DNA of 64,000 nucleotides from Podarcis melisellensis (Eukaryota), in assembly GCA_964234715.1 (NCBI GenBank), contig OZ174284.1. The stretch is one strand, 5' to 3'. This document shows positions 1-12,574 of this stretch, one piece after another. The notes under the pieces are model-generated. The model was not told the DNA's origin. It searched no databases and was given only the letters and a program-made list of their open reading frames with translations. Each line of letters begins with the position of its first letter. The stretch's first letter is position 1. The position numbers and the translations under genes are program-made.

Positions 1-1420
1 CAGCCGCGAAGGAGAAGCGGCGTTGACGCAGGCGCGGTGGAGTGCGGACGGAAAAAGGGGGGCGTGGCCTCCGAGGCTTGCTGTCTCTGTGGCTCCCTGT
101 GAGTGAGAGTGTGCGTGTGTGTCGGTTTCGGGTACAGTCGCCATTTAGCGCGGCGAGTTCCCCGGGGCTGGGAGAGGTGGCAGCGGGGAGGCCCATCCCC
201 CACTCCCCTCAGGAGCCGCGAGCGAAAGGAGGACGGGAAGGAGCTGAGGCGGACGGGCGGGACGAGCTCGTCTTCCCTTCTTAGATTATAATATTACGAA
301 TTTCTGCCTCCTTCCCACACCCCGCCTCTCAGGCCAGCCACTCTCGCAGCGTGAGGCGCGCGGTGGCCTCCTCCTCCTCCGGCTGAGAGGAGCGAACGAG
401 GGAAGGAGGGGCGGCGACGGCGGCGGGAGTCCCGGCATCGTGTGAGGGGACGGAAGGCGACTCTCCGGCGACGGCGGCTGGCTCTCTGACTGGACCGGAC
501 TCGAAGCAAGGAGCGGGCGGCGAGGCGAGGCAGAGCGCGCGCGGCCCCGACAGGGAAGGGCCTCGGCCAGCCCCGCACCCCACCCCGTCGGCTCGGGGCC
601 TGCCGTGGGCTCCCGCCCGGCTCCTTCTCCGCCTTTCTCCTGCGACCCCCCCGCTCCTCATCGGATCCCTCCTCATCTTCGCCGCTGTTTGCTGCTCCAT
701 GTCGGCCCCGCTGCTCGGCCCCCCGCTGCAGCAGGATGGATGCGGACACTGACCGCCTGCCGCCGCCGGCCCAGCCCGCTCTGCTTCCACAGCAGCAGCA
801 GCAGCAACAGCCGTCGCCGCTGCTGCCTTTCCTCCTCGCGGTGAGGAGCCTCCGGGAGCCTCCGCTGCCGCCGCCGCCGCTTTCGCCGCGAGAGCAGCTC
901 CTCGGCGCGCTCCCCGCCTTGCATTGACCCTCCTCGAGTCAGCTGCTGTTGCTGCTGCAGCAGCGGCAGCTGCTGGTGCTGCTCCTGCCGCCGCCGCGGC
1001 TCCCGCGCCTTCGCCGCGTTTCCCTCCTCCTCCGGCACCATGTCGGGGGGCGCTTCGGAGACTCCCCGCTTCCTGGCTCCTCCGCCGCCCCCGCCCAAGA
1101 ACGGCTCCAGCTCGGACAGCTCCGTTGGTGAGAAGCTGGGGGTCGCCGCCGCTGCCACCGCTACCGCCGGCACCGGGGACCCCGAAGGCTCGGAAGGCAG
1201 CGGGGCCCGCATCGAGGAGTATCGCCGACGCCGCCACACCATGGACAAGGACAGCCGTGGCGCGGCCGCCACCGAGCACCGCTTTTTCCGCCGGAGTGTC
1301 ATTTGCGACTCGAATGCGACCGCTCTGGAGCTTCCGCGGCTGCAGCCCGCAGCGCCTCCCCCTCCTGCAGCCGCCCGAGGGAGCATCCCGCCCGTGCTGG
1401 GCTCGCCGCCGGAGTCTGTC
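1..1420. promoter_or_regulatory. WNK1: CpG island covering WNK1 proximal promoter, 5' UTR and start of exon 1 CDS
   Basis: Very high GC and CpG density, in contrast to the CpG-depleted AT-rich remainder. GC-box-like GGGGGCGTGGC at ~58-68 and an isolated AT patch (TTATAATATTA) at ~286-296. The exact TSS cannot be determined. Confidence 0.85.
736..927 (+). other. Upstream ORF (63 aa, polyQ/Pro-rich) in the WNK1 5' leader
   Basis: ATG in strong Kozak context (aggATGg: A at -3, G at +4). Open to TGA at 925-927, out of frame with the main ATG at 1040. Assumes the TSS is upstream of 736. Confidence 0.45.
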
Positions 1421-1822
1421 ATCCAGGCAGCATGTGCTTCTGTCACTGCTAGCCAGGCTCCCACGCTGCTCCTGCAGCAGGCACCCCCTCTGCCTCCACC
1501 CGCAGAGGGGCAGCCTGGTCAAGAGGCGTTGGTAACAAAGGACGTTGCCCCACTGCTGCTGTCCAAGGAGGATGGAATAGAGGTCACCCCACTGCCCCCT
1601 ACCAGTACAGCGGGAACCACTGCCGTTTCTGCCCGGGATCTGCAAGAAGAGCGGACTAAACAGCAGGAAGATATTGAGGAGCTGGAGACCAAAGCTGTGG
1701 CAGTCTCCCCAGATGGCCGTTTTCTTAAGTTTGACATCGAGATTGGTAGAGGCTCCTTCAAGACTGTCTACAAGGGGCTGGACACGGAGACCACAGTGGA
1801 GGTTGCTTGGTGTGAGCTTCAG
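1040..1822 (+). CDS. WNK1: WNK1 coding exon 1 (261 codons): N-terminal disordered region and kinase subdomains I-II
   Basis: Translation MSGGASE...[18 protein letters not shown]...[16 protein letters not shown] (Akt-type site)...[20 protein letters not shown]...[39 protein letters not shown] hallmark: Lys in the GRGSFK strand (codon 1760-1762) and Cys at the usual Lys position. Donor CAG|gtaata at 1822/1823, phase 0. Confidence 0.98.
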
Positions 1823-4177
1823 GTAATAGAAAGGTGTCAGCTTGCCTTCAGGGTTAGGGTAGACAGACACTCACTCCCCTACTGCCAAATTGATAGTCCC
1901 AAAAGAATGGCTGTATTCCTGTGCGTGATCCATGGAAGATTACAATTGATCGTGGCTATATATTAAATACCAGTAGTCTCATTTTTGTGTGTGCTGTAAA
2001 GGTGATCTGGGAAGCATTGGTTACTCTTAATGGCCTGGAACCAGGCTCATGATACTGGGCTCGTGGTTAAGTTCTCTTCTTACTAGCCACAGGCTGTAGC
2101 CAAGGTTTATTCTTGGCTACAGCTCAACCATGGGCCAGAGTTTGGATAACACACTAAATGAAACTTTGACTTAACTCTATATGTTGTGACAATAAGGAGG
2201 ACTGGGGAGAGGAGCACAGTGGCTGTGAATTACTCTCTGGGAGTGTGTGGGCGTGGTAAACCATAGTTTAGTGTACTGGGTTGTGCAAATCATGCCAATA
2301 TGTGAATCAGGCCTATATCTGCTAACATTAGATGATAGTCTCAAGATTTTGGTATATACTTTGGTAGCTTCACTACTCAGGCTGCTGAGTTTTGGTTCAC
2401 ATCTGCAACCTGTCAAATGATAGCAAACCCTTTTTAAATTAAAAAGAAGTCAGTAGGGAATGGTTTTATATTGACTAGGGCTGAGTCCATTGTACAATGT
2501 GGTGATAAAATATTTGGAAAATGAGAATTCTGTGGAGCTGCAAAGGCACTAAGTTTAGCACCAACCCTGTTAAATTTGTGCAAAGCCTTCATATTTCTAC
2601 TAAAATTTCAGCTTGGTCATGATACTGCAGCATACATTGTTTATTATATGTTTGTGTGTGTAACCCGAAGTAAAAAAATCTTTCTGATACGATATTTTCC
2701 CTGGAATAACTATCCAGAGATTTTCTTCTTGTTCCCTCTCCACATTTAATAAAAAATCCCAGTTACAGTATGTTTAGCTGTGGTAATGTGTGTAGGGCAA
2801 ATGTGTAATATCAAACAAACTGTGGTCATGCACTAGAAAACTGTGACTATTATAGTTCACCAGTGTACATTGCATGCTTGTAGGAGCAACACTGCCTGTC
2901 ACACTAGTGGTTTGCCCTGTCTGTTGTGAAGTGACTCTTAAAGTCTGTCTGCCTGACACATGTTAGGTCATGTTTAAAGTGAGGTAGAAATGTAAATTGG
3001 TATTGCTTCAGATATGTTTTATGGAATGGTAAGTGATTAAGGCTTCAATCCTAAGGGGTGCATTTATGTGGATAGGAGGAGAGGGGAAGAATGATGGTGG
3101 TTCTACCACATTATTCTACTACAAACTGACAGACTCAAGCTGGCACTGTGGAAGTGAGGGTGGAGGGATGCTCTTGAGTTCCAATGGGTTTATCCAGTTC
3201 TTTGTGCATGTAGTTCCATAGGTGCAATGGGATTTCTATTTCCTCTCTACTGTCCATACTCCCAAACTCTGCTCTGGAGGATGCCCCAATCCTCCACAGC
3301 TGATTTAGAGGATGTGGGGGGTGGGGTGAGGTCTGGAGGTGACAGAAGAAGAAGAGGAAACTCCATTGTGCACACAGAAGTCAGTTGCGCCATTGTAGCT
3401 GCAGCATTGGAAACAATGAAATGAAGAGGAGATAGAGATTTAAATGCACTCAGAAGTGGACTGAATTTCCCTCCAGTTTGCGGGCATGTCATGGGACTGG
3501 AAGGAATCTGGATCATTCAGGTCCAAATCATTTTCTAGCATGCTGCTTTTTGACAATACTGATGCTGACATCAGTGAGGCCAGGGCTTTGAAGGAGCTAG
3601 GACCATAGCATTGCCCCCTTTGTGAACCAGATGAGGGTCATATTGTATGTAGCTGTCTGTACATTGTCAGCTTTCTGGCTACCCCATGTTTGTGCATACG
3701 GGTGCATGAATTGAAAGGATTGCAGGTGTTCTTTGAGTGAGCTACTCGCACCATCTTTGTAGTTAGGCAAGTAGTAATTCCTTCTTGATAGGTCAGTAGC
3801 AGTATTCCACACCCAGTTAACGGACATGAGTGGTAAGTGGGTATGCTGGCAATTTTGGTTTGTCATTTTTTGTACTCCACAATCATTTCACAGTAAAGAC
3901 ACCAATAATAGTTCATATGAATTGAGTCTAAGAAAGAAGTTGTTGCATTGCGAGTTGAACAGTAAATACATGAAAGGTGCTCATTCTGCTTGGGAAAAAA
4001 ATCTGGGTTGAAAAATCAATGCTGATATTTTCCAGAGGCATAGGGGGCAGTCATATAATTTGCACTGCTCACCAGTGAAGTTGCTAGCTCCAGTATATGT
4101 TGAAAAAGTTTGTATGAACAGTGATATTAAAATATTTTAAATAAATATTAGATGCACTAAACTTCAGAAATGTAAAC

Positions 4178-4361
4178 CAGTGATCTCCAATTAGCAAAGT
4201 ACTGTGGACTTTCAAAACCCAAAGCCATGAGCTCCTTACTTTTGAAAATTTTAATATCTCTGTGGTAGGGTTTTTTTTATGTGAATGGTGCCATGGACCA
4301 CCCTCCTGGGTGTGTTACACAGACCTCCTGGGGTATGTAGACCACCATTTGGGAACCACTG
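4178..4361. mobile_element. hAT (Charlie-like) non-autonomous DNA transposon
   Basis: Termini CAGTGATCTCCAA / TTGGGAACCACTG with perfect 8-bp TSD ATGTAAAC (4170-4177, 4362-4369). Confidence 0.8.
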
Positions 4362-5307
4362 ATGTAAACAATACAAGTTGCCTTTCAGAGAACATCTTGT
4401 TAAGTCTGGCAAACTGGGTAAAGATTCTTCAGTTTATATTGGTTTGTTTCAGGGTCAGCATTTGAAACAAACTCATGCTCACATGAGAATTCAAAGAACT
4501 TGGAAGTTTGTTGCAGGCAGAATAGACCAAATGCAGCAGTGAGGAAGATAAATTAACCCATGAACTAATTAATTTGACTCCCCTATACCAGTGAGGATGG
4601 CCAAATACAGACTCCCCTGAGGTTTCCCTTCCTATACTGTACTTAAATTTAAAACTTGAACTCTACTTGTAATGATTTCTTTTTTACATTTTATTTAAGT
4701 GCTTGCTTAAATTGAGACTATCAGCTTAGAAGTAGAAGCTCTGTAGTAAGATTGTGTGCTTTGGGAACAAATTGGTTTAAAGTCAGTCTGATATTAGGGT
4801 TTGTCTGCACTAGTAAGTTGCCTGGTACTTATTGTGCTCTGCTTTGGCCTTAATCAAAATTGGAGCTTTTTATAGATTGAGGAAAACTTTCCTTTGAAGC
4901 AGGATTCAAGTGTGCAGCTTGACAACTGTACTGGAATAGCAGTTATGCCTGTTGATCACAGTGTAGTTTTGTGTGGGCCGGTTTGGGGTGCAGAACAACT
5001 TGTGGGGGTTGGATGTGCATCCCGTCCTTGAATTTATGCCAGGATGCACTTGCCCTTGAAGACTTTGAAAAACTAATGGTGAACCAAGTGTAAATGAGAA
5101 TTTTAAAGTGCTGTCAGAAGTTTGTATTCTGGGTGAAATGAACTTTGAAGTGGTTGATTTTTGTTTGCCATCCTCAAGTACCTTTTGTTTGAATGCATTA
5201 TGCTCTTTCTTCCATGGATTTTTTCTCATCTTGAGTCCTTAATAATGTAATAGCAAATTTATCTGATAAGTATCAATATGAAATTAGAACAGTATCATCA
5301 CCATCGT

Positions 5308-5645
5308 CATATTTGTATACTACCCTTCATCTGAAGATCAGAGTGGTTCACAACATAAAAGTACAAAATGAGAACACAAAATACATAATAAAACAAAAAC
5401 AAACCAATAATCCCCCTCCCACAACCCAGTTAAACGGCCATAGAATGTTAATCAGCTAAAGCCTGCTTATAGAGAAACATTTTCACCTGGCACCTAAAGA
5501 TATGTAATGAAGGGAGAGCATTATATAAAACAGGGAGCCACCACAGAAAAGGCCTGTTCTTGTGTTGCCAACCTCCGGACCTTTCATGGAGGAGGCGCAT
5601 GAAGAAGGGCCTTAGAAGATGATCATGGGGTCCAGGTTTGTTCAT
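5308..5645 (-). mobile_element. L2-clade LINE 3' fragment
   Basis: Reverse complement is clearly homologous to 45826-46225, including the aagggt(a/g)gtatacaaat end; degenerate RAFS..AP.LWN.LP-type coding remnant. Confidence 0.65.
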
Positions 5646-6450
5646 GCATACTGCCATGCTCATAAATTAACTGAAAAGGGGTGTAGAGAAACACCTCTTT
5701 GTAGGCAATGTTTTGGGGGGTTTTTATACAAGGTGTTTGCAGTTCTACATAGGCACTGTGTTGCCTGATGCAGTGAGATGCAACAGGCTTTTTGGTGAGA
5801 TAGCTGTTGAAAGCAAAAAACTTCATGGAGTGCTCTATAGAAGTAGTCATAACATGGATATCCATGAAGTACTTTCAGCTCTCCAAGTAACTGTGCTTTC
5901 TGCTCTCTTTAAATACATTTATTGCAATGTTGGTAGATCGTTACATTCGTATCCCACTTATCTGGGAGTAAGTAAGCCCAATTTAATTCAGTAGGACTTC
6001 TGAATAAACGTGGTTAGGTCTTCACTGTTAGATTGTTAAAGATGTTGTATTGTTTTAGTTAATGGGAATTTTAAAATATTATTTATTAATTTAATAAAAT
6101 GAATTTCAAAATACAGTTGTGAAGCATGGTCTGATACATTATTTTATTTTATATACCTTATACCCTGCCTTTTACTGTTAACTCCTTACAGAGGCAGCTT
6201 ACCAAAACGTAAGAATAAATACATCAACTTATATCTGAAAAAATATCTTAATAATTAAGCAGCAATGTAAAATTCTGGAAAGATGCTGTTTATTTCTGTA
6301 TTATGTTGGAGTGGAGTCCCTAAGATGGTTGGATGGTGTCTTGTATGCCTCCTTCCTACAAGTCCTGCAGCCAAATTGGTGCTGATGTATTCCTCTGCTT
6401 TCCTGGGCAGCCCAGGACCTCCATACACACTGCCCAGGCTTACGCCCAGG

Positions 6451-6523
6451 GGAGGTTTTCCTGCTTGGCAGGGGGTTGGACTCAATGGCCCTTGTGGTCT
6501 CTTCCAACTCTATGATTCTGTGA
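6451..6523 (+). mobile_element. CR1 LINE extreme 3' end
   Basis: gcagggggttggactc...cttccaactctatgattctgtga, typical CR1 3' terminus with ATTCTRTG tail. Confidence 0.7.
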
Positions 6524-6635
6524 GGTCACTTCAGTGCTGCTAACTTAGTGGTTTGATTCCCCACCCCCAAAGTACACTCCATTGTCTCTTTAGCAGACAG
6601 ATGCCAATAACAACCTCATCTCTGTATTTAATGTA

Positions 6636-6877
6636 CAGTGGTACCTCGGGTTAAGTACTTAATTCGTTCTGGAGGTCTGTTCTTAACCTGAAACTGTTCA
6701 TAACCTGAAGCACCACTTTAGCTAATGGGGCCTCCTGCTGCCGCGCCGCCGGAGCCCAATTTCTGTTCTTATCCTGAAGCAAAGTTCTTATCCTGAAGCA
6801 AAGTTCTTAACCTGAAGCACTATTGCTGGGTTAGTGGAGTGTGTAACCTGAAGCGTATGTAACCCAAGGTACCACTG
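6636..6877 (+). mobile_element. Tc1/mariner-type MITE, family A
   Basis: TA|CAGTGGTACCTCGGGTTA...TAACCCAAGGTACCACTG|TA; near-identical to the copy at 53574; carries an extra 19-bp internal tandem unit at ~6765-6802. Confidence 0.9.
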
Positions 6878-9800
6878 TACTGTTGTTAACTAATAGACTG
6901 GGGTTTCCAAGATAACATATTTTGAGAAGGTTGTGGTACTACGTTATATATTGAACTTGAGTACCATTACCACAATGTCCCTTCAGCATTTATAGAAGCC
7001 AGTGATTCTAATATAGAGTATGATGTGAATAGAGTTCTTCGTGTTTAGATAAGTGTTCTTGACTGTACAGGCAAGTGGAGAGCTTTGAGGCTTAATAGTA
7101 ATCATGATTATTTATGAAACTTTTACTAAATTCCCAGTTTCAGTATTGTCTGTGTTTATGGCAAGGTATAAATATTTTGGAGAATGTAGGATTTGAGTAG
7201 TCTGCAATGGAAAGGCAGTGAAATCCTTATTTGCTGGGGTAGGTATGTGTGTGGGAGGGGGGAAGTAGGTTAAGTGTGTTGCTATACTTCAAAATGCTTT
7301 GTTTCCAGTCTGAATCATCTTCCTCTGTTTTGAGTCAGCAGCTTGTTCCCTTAGCTTTGATGGATGCCAGAAACTGCTTCATGGACTCTTGTTCACTTCT
7401 GAAAGTTAATGCAAATATAATCATGCAAATAAAATATAAAATTATCATTAGGAGGGTAAAACCGACCTGCCAATTATCCTATTGGTTTCTGATACAGAAA
7501 CTAGATTTAAAAAATGTTTGTGTATATAGTGGTTTAAATTTTCACTGATTTGACAGTTGATTTTTCAGAATGTGTTCTTGAGTTTATAATAGCCTTCCTA
7601 GCTGAGATAGTATGGTTAATAGGCAGAAATCCTTTTTGCCTTCACTATATTTCTCTAGGGCAGAGGAAGTTAGGTATGCAATTGATTATTCATTCATGCA
7701 ATTAAAGTGTTGGGTGTGGCCTGTGACCTCCAGTTAAGTCCCTCCTTCCTTTTCATTGAGTCAGTTCTGGGTGGGAATGCGGAGCAGATTCTTAATTCAT
7801 ATGTGCTGAAAGCACACCTGTGAAGTAATTAGCTCATTGTGCTAAGAAATGTTCTGGCATTGGATTGCTGTTGAGATTTCTGTTACTCACCAAGGAGCCA
7901 ACCCTTTGTGTAGTATAATCTTGCACCATAAGAGGAAGTGTCATCTGTCTGATCAGTGGCAGGTTTATTCTAAGCATTTTTTCTTCCTCCACAAGTAGCC
8001 AGTACACTGCCTGCCCCTGAACTTTTTGTAACTGAAAGAAAGAACATGAAAGAGAGAAGAGGAAATAAGAATTAACAGAGAAGGATGGGAAAGAAGAAAG
8101 AAACAACCAACAGAGAATGGAAGAAAGACAGGAAATTTGGGGACGTGAAAGCACAGTGAGGGAGCAAGAATAATAGAGATGCCTTAAAAATATTGGGGGA
8201 TTAAGGAGGTCTCCCTTCTGAAACCAGTAGCTTGAGTATTGATTCCCTTCCCCCATAAAGCATAATGAAGACACTGAACCAACACAGTCAATTATAGTTT
8301 TGGTGAATAGGATTTGCCCTCTTTTACAAAATGGCTATTGTCCCTGTAAAATATGTTTAAGATTCTGTTTGCATTTACAGTCATGGTATATCAAAGGTTA
8401 ATGGAGGATCTTCACAAAATGGCTGCTCAAAAACTGCAAAGTTGCTGCCTGTAACCCATGTATTATTTACAACATTGTCTGGAATAAGGTCCAAGACACA
8501 AATTTATTAATAACAATATATTTGCCTGTCCTTCTGATTGTCTGGAACCTTGTGCTTCTTGGCCTATATAGTTCACTCTGTGAGGGCTTCCAATCTGTTG
8601 GCATTAGTGGAGGGAGGCCTTGTCTCAGTCTGGGAATCTCTCTTGAGATGCTGCCTTTGATTAAATTGAAATTTCCAGAAGTCTGGCCATATGATGTAAA
8701 TCTTCTTCAAGGATTAGTTCTATAGGATAGGTGAAGCTCAAAATTAATAGGAATCCTGGGAATTGTAGTAGGATACAACAGAGACCTGTCCTATGCTTCA
8801 GCTACTGTTAAAATTGAGAAAAGAAAGCAGAAGTGTTGGAGAAGGGAGGACAAGGCGCCTGCACAAAGAGCTGAAAGAAGAGTTGGGGACTTATACTGTG
8901 ATTTACTAAGTTGCCTGTTGAAAGAGAACAAACTCTGCTACCAGGTCTAAGTTCTATTGAAGGACTGAGGGGAACTGTAGCTGCTGGAGACAGTTCTTGG
9001 ACCACAGACTGCTGAACAATAAATCATACCACTATGTCTTTGGAAAGAGTTTCTTGCTGGCAAGGACAAGCACAAAGTTTGTGTTTGTAGGGATATTCAG
9101 CTGGGGACCAAGAGGAAAAATAGGTTATACTGTCTTCTTTTAACCCATATATCCCATTCAGTCACATCAGTTACTAATGTTTAATATACATTTTAAAACT
9201 GAAGTTAAACCTAAACTTTTGCCCAAGACTAGTAGCACTTTGTACCAGAATGAAAAAAAAACATTAATCCAGGACTGCTGGTGAAAAACCAACTCCCATG
9301 CAGCACTTGTAGCATCCAACAGTTCACTACCATCACCACCTACGGTGGTACCTCGTGCACCAGCTCCCAACGCAATATTTGCAGATATGTTTAAGGGATT
9401 CCCCCCCCCAGAGGTTTGCAAATGAAATTGCTCAAAACACCCAGTACCAGATAATCTGACCATCTTGAAACAAAATAAATTTTAACATGCTCAACATAAT
9501 GTGAGAGCAGGCAGCATGTGTGGAACTGTGGAATCTTCTGCTCTGTTTGTTTTGTACTGGTATATAACAATTTCATATATATATTTAAGTAAATTTCATT
9601 ATGAGTCAGTAAATGCATTTGACTAGTCAAGTAGTTTGTTCCAGAATACTATTAATATAAGCTTCATTTTCTATTTCGTTTCATATTTTCTCATCTATTT
9701 CTTTATAAGAAATTACCTAATTAAATCCCATATGCCCAATTCACAAAAACTTATTTCACACATATTTTTTACATTGCACAAAATATGTCTAGCTGCACAT

Positions 9801-10299
9801 TAGAACAAACCTTAATCAGTACCTTTCTAGTGAAATGTTCTGGAAATGGCAACTCACTTGGAAGGTGACATCTGAAAGCTAGTGGCACATAAGCAATACC
9901 TCACTTTGTTTAGCACTGTTATTCTAGAACTCTTCAAAGATTTATCTTACCAGGCACCCTCAGTACTCAACGACTTACTCCAAAACTGTGCTGCCTCTGT
10001 GATGACAGAATAGCTAAGCCAGTGGCTGTATTTGGACATTCTGATGGACTATGGTTTATCATGACAGGAGTGAGTCTAGCCTCACACCTCTTCCAGTACG
10101 GTAAAGGACTTTGGAAGATTTTCCTTCTGTTTTTGGTGCATGGCAACTTGCTGTGTCATCCAGACCTGACAAAAGAATGTTATGTCATTTCCCCATTTCT
10201 GCTTTTTTGTAGTGATCGGAATGGACCGTGCCTTCAGGGACCAGTTCTTATTTAACTTATCATGCTGCTGTACCTAATTGTGCAGTATGTTAAATGCTG

Positions 10300-10498
10300 C
10301 TGCTTAGCATTTAAGTGCTTCCAACACATATATTGGACTTTTGTAATCTCTACACAGCAACCCTTTCAGGGCAGTTTGGTTTTATACCTAGGTTGAGGTT
10401 GAGAGAGTGGTTTAAGGTCACCTTCGGAATTCATGGCAGAAGCAAGATCTGACTCAGGAACTTCTTGATCTGTAGGTCAATCTCAGCCACTATGCTAC
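10300..10498 (-). mobile_element. Degenerate MIR/Ther1-like SINE
   Basis: Reverse strand begins tagcatagtggctgaga and shows the core (acagcaaccct...ggttgagagagtgg...aaggtcacc); similar to 24848-25042. Confidence 0.5.
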
Positions 10499-12122
10499 TT
10501 ATCCCCAAGCTCCCTTTGTTTATGATGTAAGACAGATGTGAATTTAAGAGATAAATAGTTCAAAAATAGATGTATGTTCTACATTGTGTGAGAATATGCA
10601 TTAGTATATTATCACACAAGAATACAATGCTGTTCTAAATTACTATGTGTCCGTAGTAAATTGCATATGTCATTTGTTTCAATTTTCTTTGTACAGTGTT
10701 GTTGCTTTGGAAAGGTTGCAGTATGCCTAACTAGACCATGGAGTTAAAAAAAGATTTACCTGAAACTCAAAATCTCAAAGATCTCTAAGTTGGGAGATCT
10801 CTATGTGGAAAAACATGAACATTCAAGTTGCAATGTTTATTTTTAATATTAAGAAGTGTTAAAATTGTTTGTAAAACATGCTTTGTTAGGAGCAATGGAA
10901 TTACCAATCAGCCTGGGGAAGAAATAGCCAAGTTAGCTTCCTTCTATGGAAATTTTTATTTAAGGAAGAATGTACCACCTATCTTAATGTGGAAAAAAAT
11001 CCAGACTATAGAAAGAATGTTCATCTACCCCCAAGTGTTTTTATTGACATTCTGATCAGTCTCCTTCAGGCTTGGAAATCAACTCTTGTGGTAGTTGTCT
11101 GCCCCAACCCTCCTCATTTGCCTTCTCTACACTATGTTCTGTTGGTACTTTTTGACCACTTCTTTCTACTGTACTGCTCTCTCTTCCTCCCACAGCATCC
11201 TTTCACTTCTGCAGATTGCCGAAGGGGGTGGCGGCAACTGCCATTTATGGAATGCTAATGTTGCCTGTTCTTCACCTTGCCCGCAGCTTGCATGATGGAG
11301 TCTCTTGAATTATGGAGGCTGCAGATAAGGCTTTCTTGTTCTAGTCATATAATTCATTGATAGAAGGTTAGAAAGGAGATTGCCTTGTATCCAGTGTTCA
11401 GAATGTTTTTTGAAGACTATAGCCAACACACTCTTGCTTGTCCTTAGCATTCAAAATGCACAATGGGTTGTCTTTGTCTCTTATCTAGAAAGGAGGCTGG
11501 GTAGTTAAAATCTTAACTCGCCACAGGTGACCAGGCTAGCGGTCAGCAGCAAGCATGATCTTATTTTAAAGTATTGCTGTTATGTAAACCGACTTTTGCT
11601 GAAACATGACTACTTTGTTTACACAGAATCTGAAAATAGACTGCAGAAGTTTAAGTAATGATTTGAATTTCCAAGACACAGCTGATTTTAATTGATTTAA
11701 ATTATTTACTCTGTTGTAAATTGTGCATTACCTAAACAAGTGTCCAGTACTAACTGGTTGCCATAACAATCTTTTTAGAGAATATGCACTACTAACTATA
11801 TTGTCACATAATGTTAAACCATGGTTTAATGCTATGTGGATGGATCTCATTGAGCTGAACAAAGCCCCTGGCTTTCATCCTCCCCTCTTCCCATGCAGCT
11901 GACTGGAAGAGAGTTGCCAATTACTTTGTTAACCTGACTTTCACCTTGAGTATGAAACCAGCTTTTACTTTAAACCAGGATACCTTGTTTGTTAGTAACA
12001 CAGCCAAGATTCATGGAAACTGAAAGTAGTCTTTGCAGCTCTCCTGGCTATAGGGGTGAAGGTAACTGGAGCAGTGTGTGACCCTATTCCTTTCTTCAGG
12101 CCTGGTGAGACTTTTCCATGTA

Positions 12123-12574
12123 CAGGCAGCCTCCCCCCCCCCCCGGGTTACGTGTGTTCAATATGTGTGCAACCGTGCATCATGCTGAATCTAGAAGAGG
12201 CCCAAAAATGTCACTGAAATGCCACTAAACGTGCAGGCGTGGCGCAGAATGGGGTACTTGCAGGTTTTTTCAATGGGTTTCAATTATACAGTGGTACCTC
12301 GGGATACAGATGCTTCATGTTACAGACTCTGCTAACCCAGAAATAGTACCTTGGGTTAAGAACTTTGCTTCAGGATGAGAACAGAAATCATGTGACGGCG
12401 GCAGCAGGAGGCCCCATTAGCTAAAGCGGTACCTCAGGTTAAGAACAGTTTCAGGTTAAGAACGGACCTCCAGAACCAATTAAGTTCTTAACCCAAGGTA
12501 CCACTATACATGATTTCACTGATGTGCACGGTGGCTCAGAATGTTACCTGGGGGTGTAAACCGGGGGCTGCTTG
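12123..12574. mobile_element. Tc1/mariner-type MITE (TIR CAGGCAGCCCCCGG.TTAC), interrupted by a family A MITE
   Basis: TA|CAGGCAGCCT(C)nGGGTTAC ... GTAAACCGGGGGCTGCTTG|TA. Confidence 0.7.
12289..12506 (-). mobile_element. Tc1/mariner-type MITE, family A (reverse orientation)
   Basis: TA|CAGTGGTACCTCGGG...CCCAAGGTACCACTA|TA; internal sequence is the reverse complement of the 6636 copy. Confidence 0.9.

Noticed and set aside
740-1039. Possible N-terminal extension from the in-frame ATG at 740
   Set aside because: In-frame TGA at 842-844.
329-1870. 513-aa antisense ORF (and overlapping 263-aa and 203-aa ORFs) over exon 1
   Set aside because: Low-complexity Ala/Gly/Arg translations expected from stop-poor GC-rich sequence opposite a real exon; no recognisable domain.
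1823-1966. Continuation of the exon 1 ORF to 308 aa
   Set aside because: Read-through into intron 1; WNK homology stops at the CAG|gt donor and resumes in frame at 33286.
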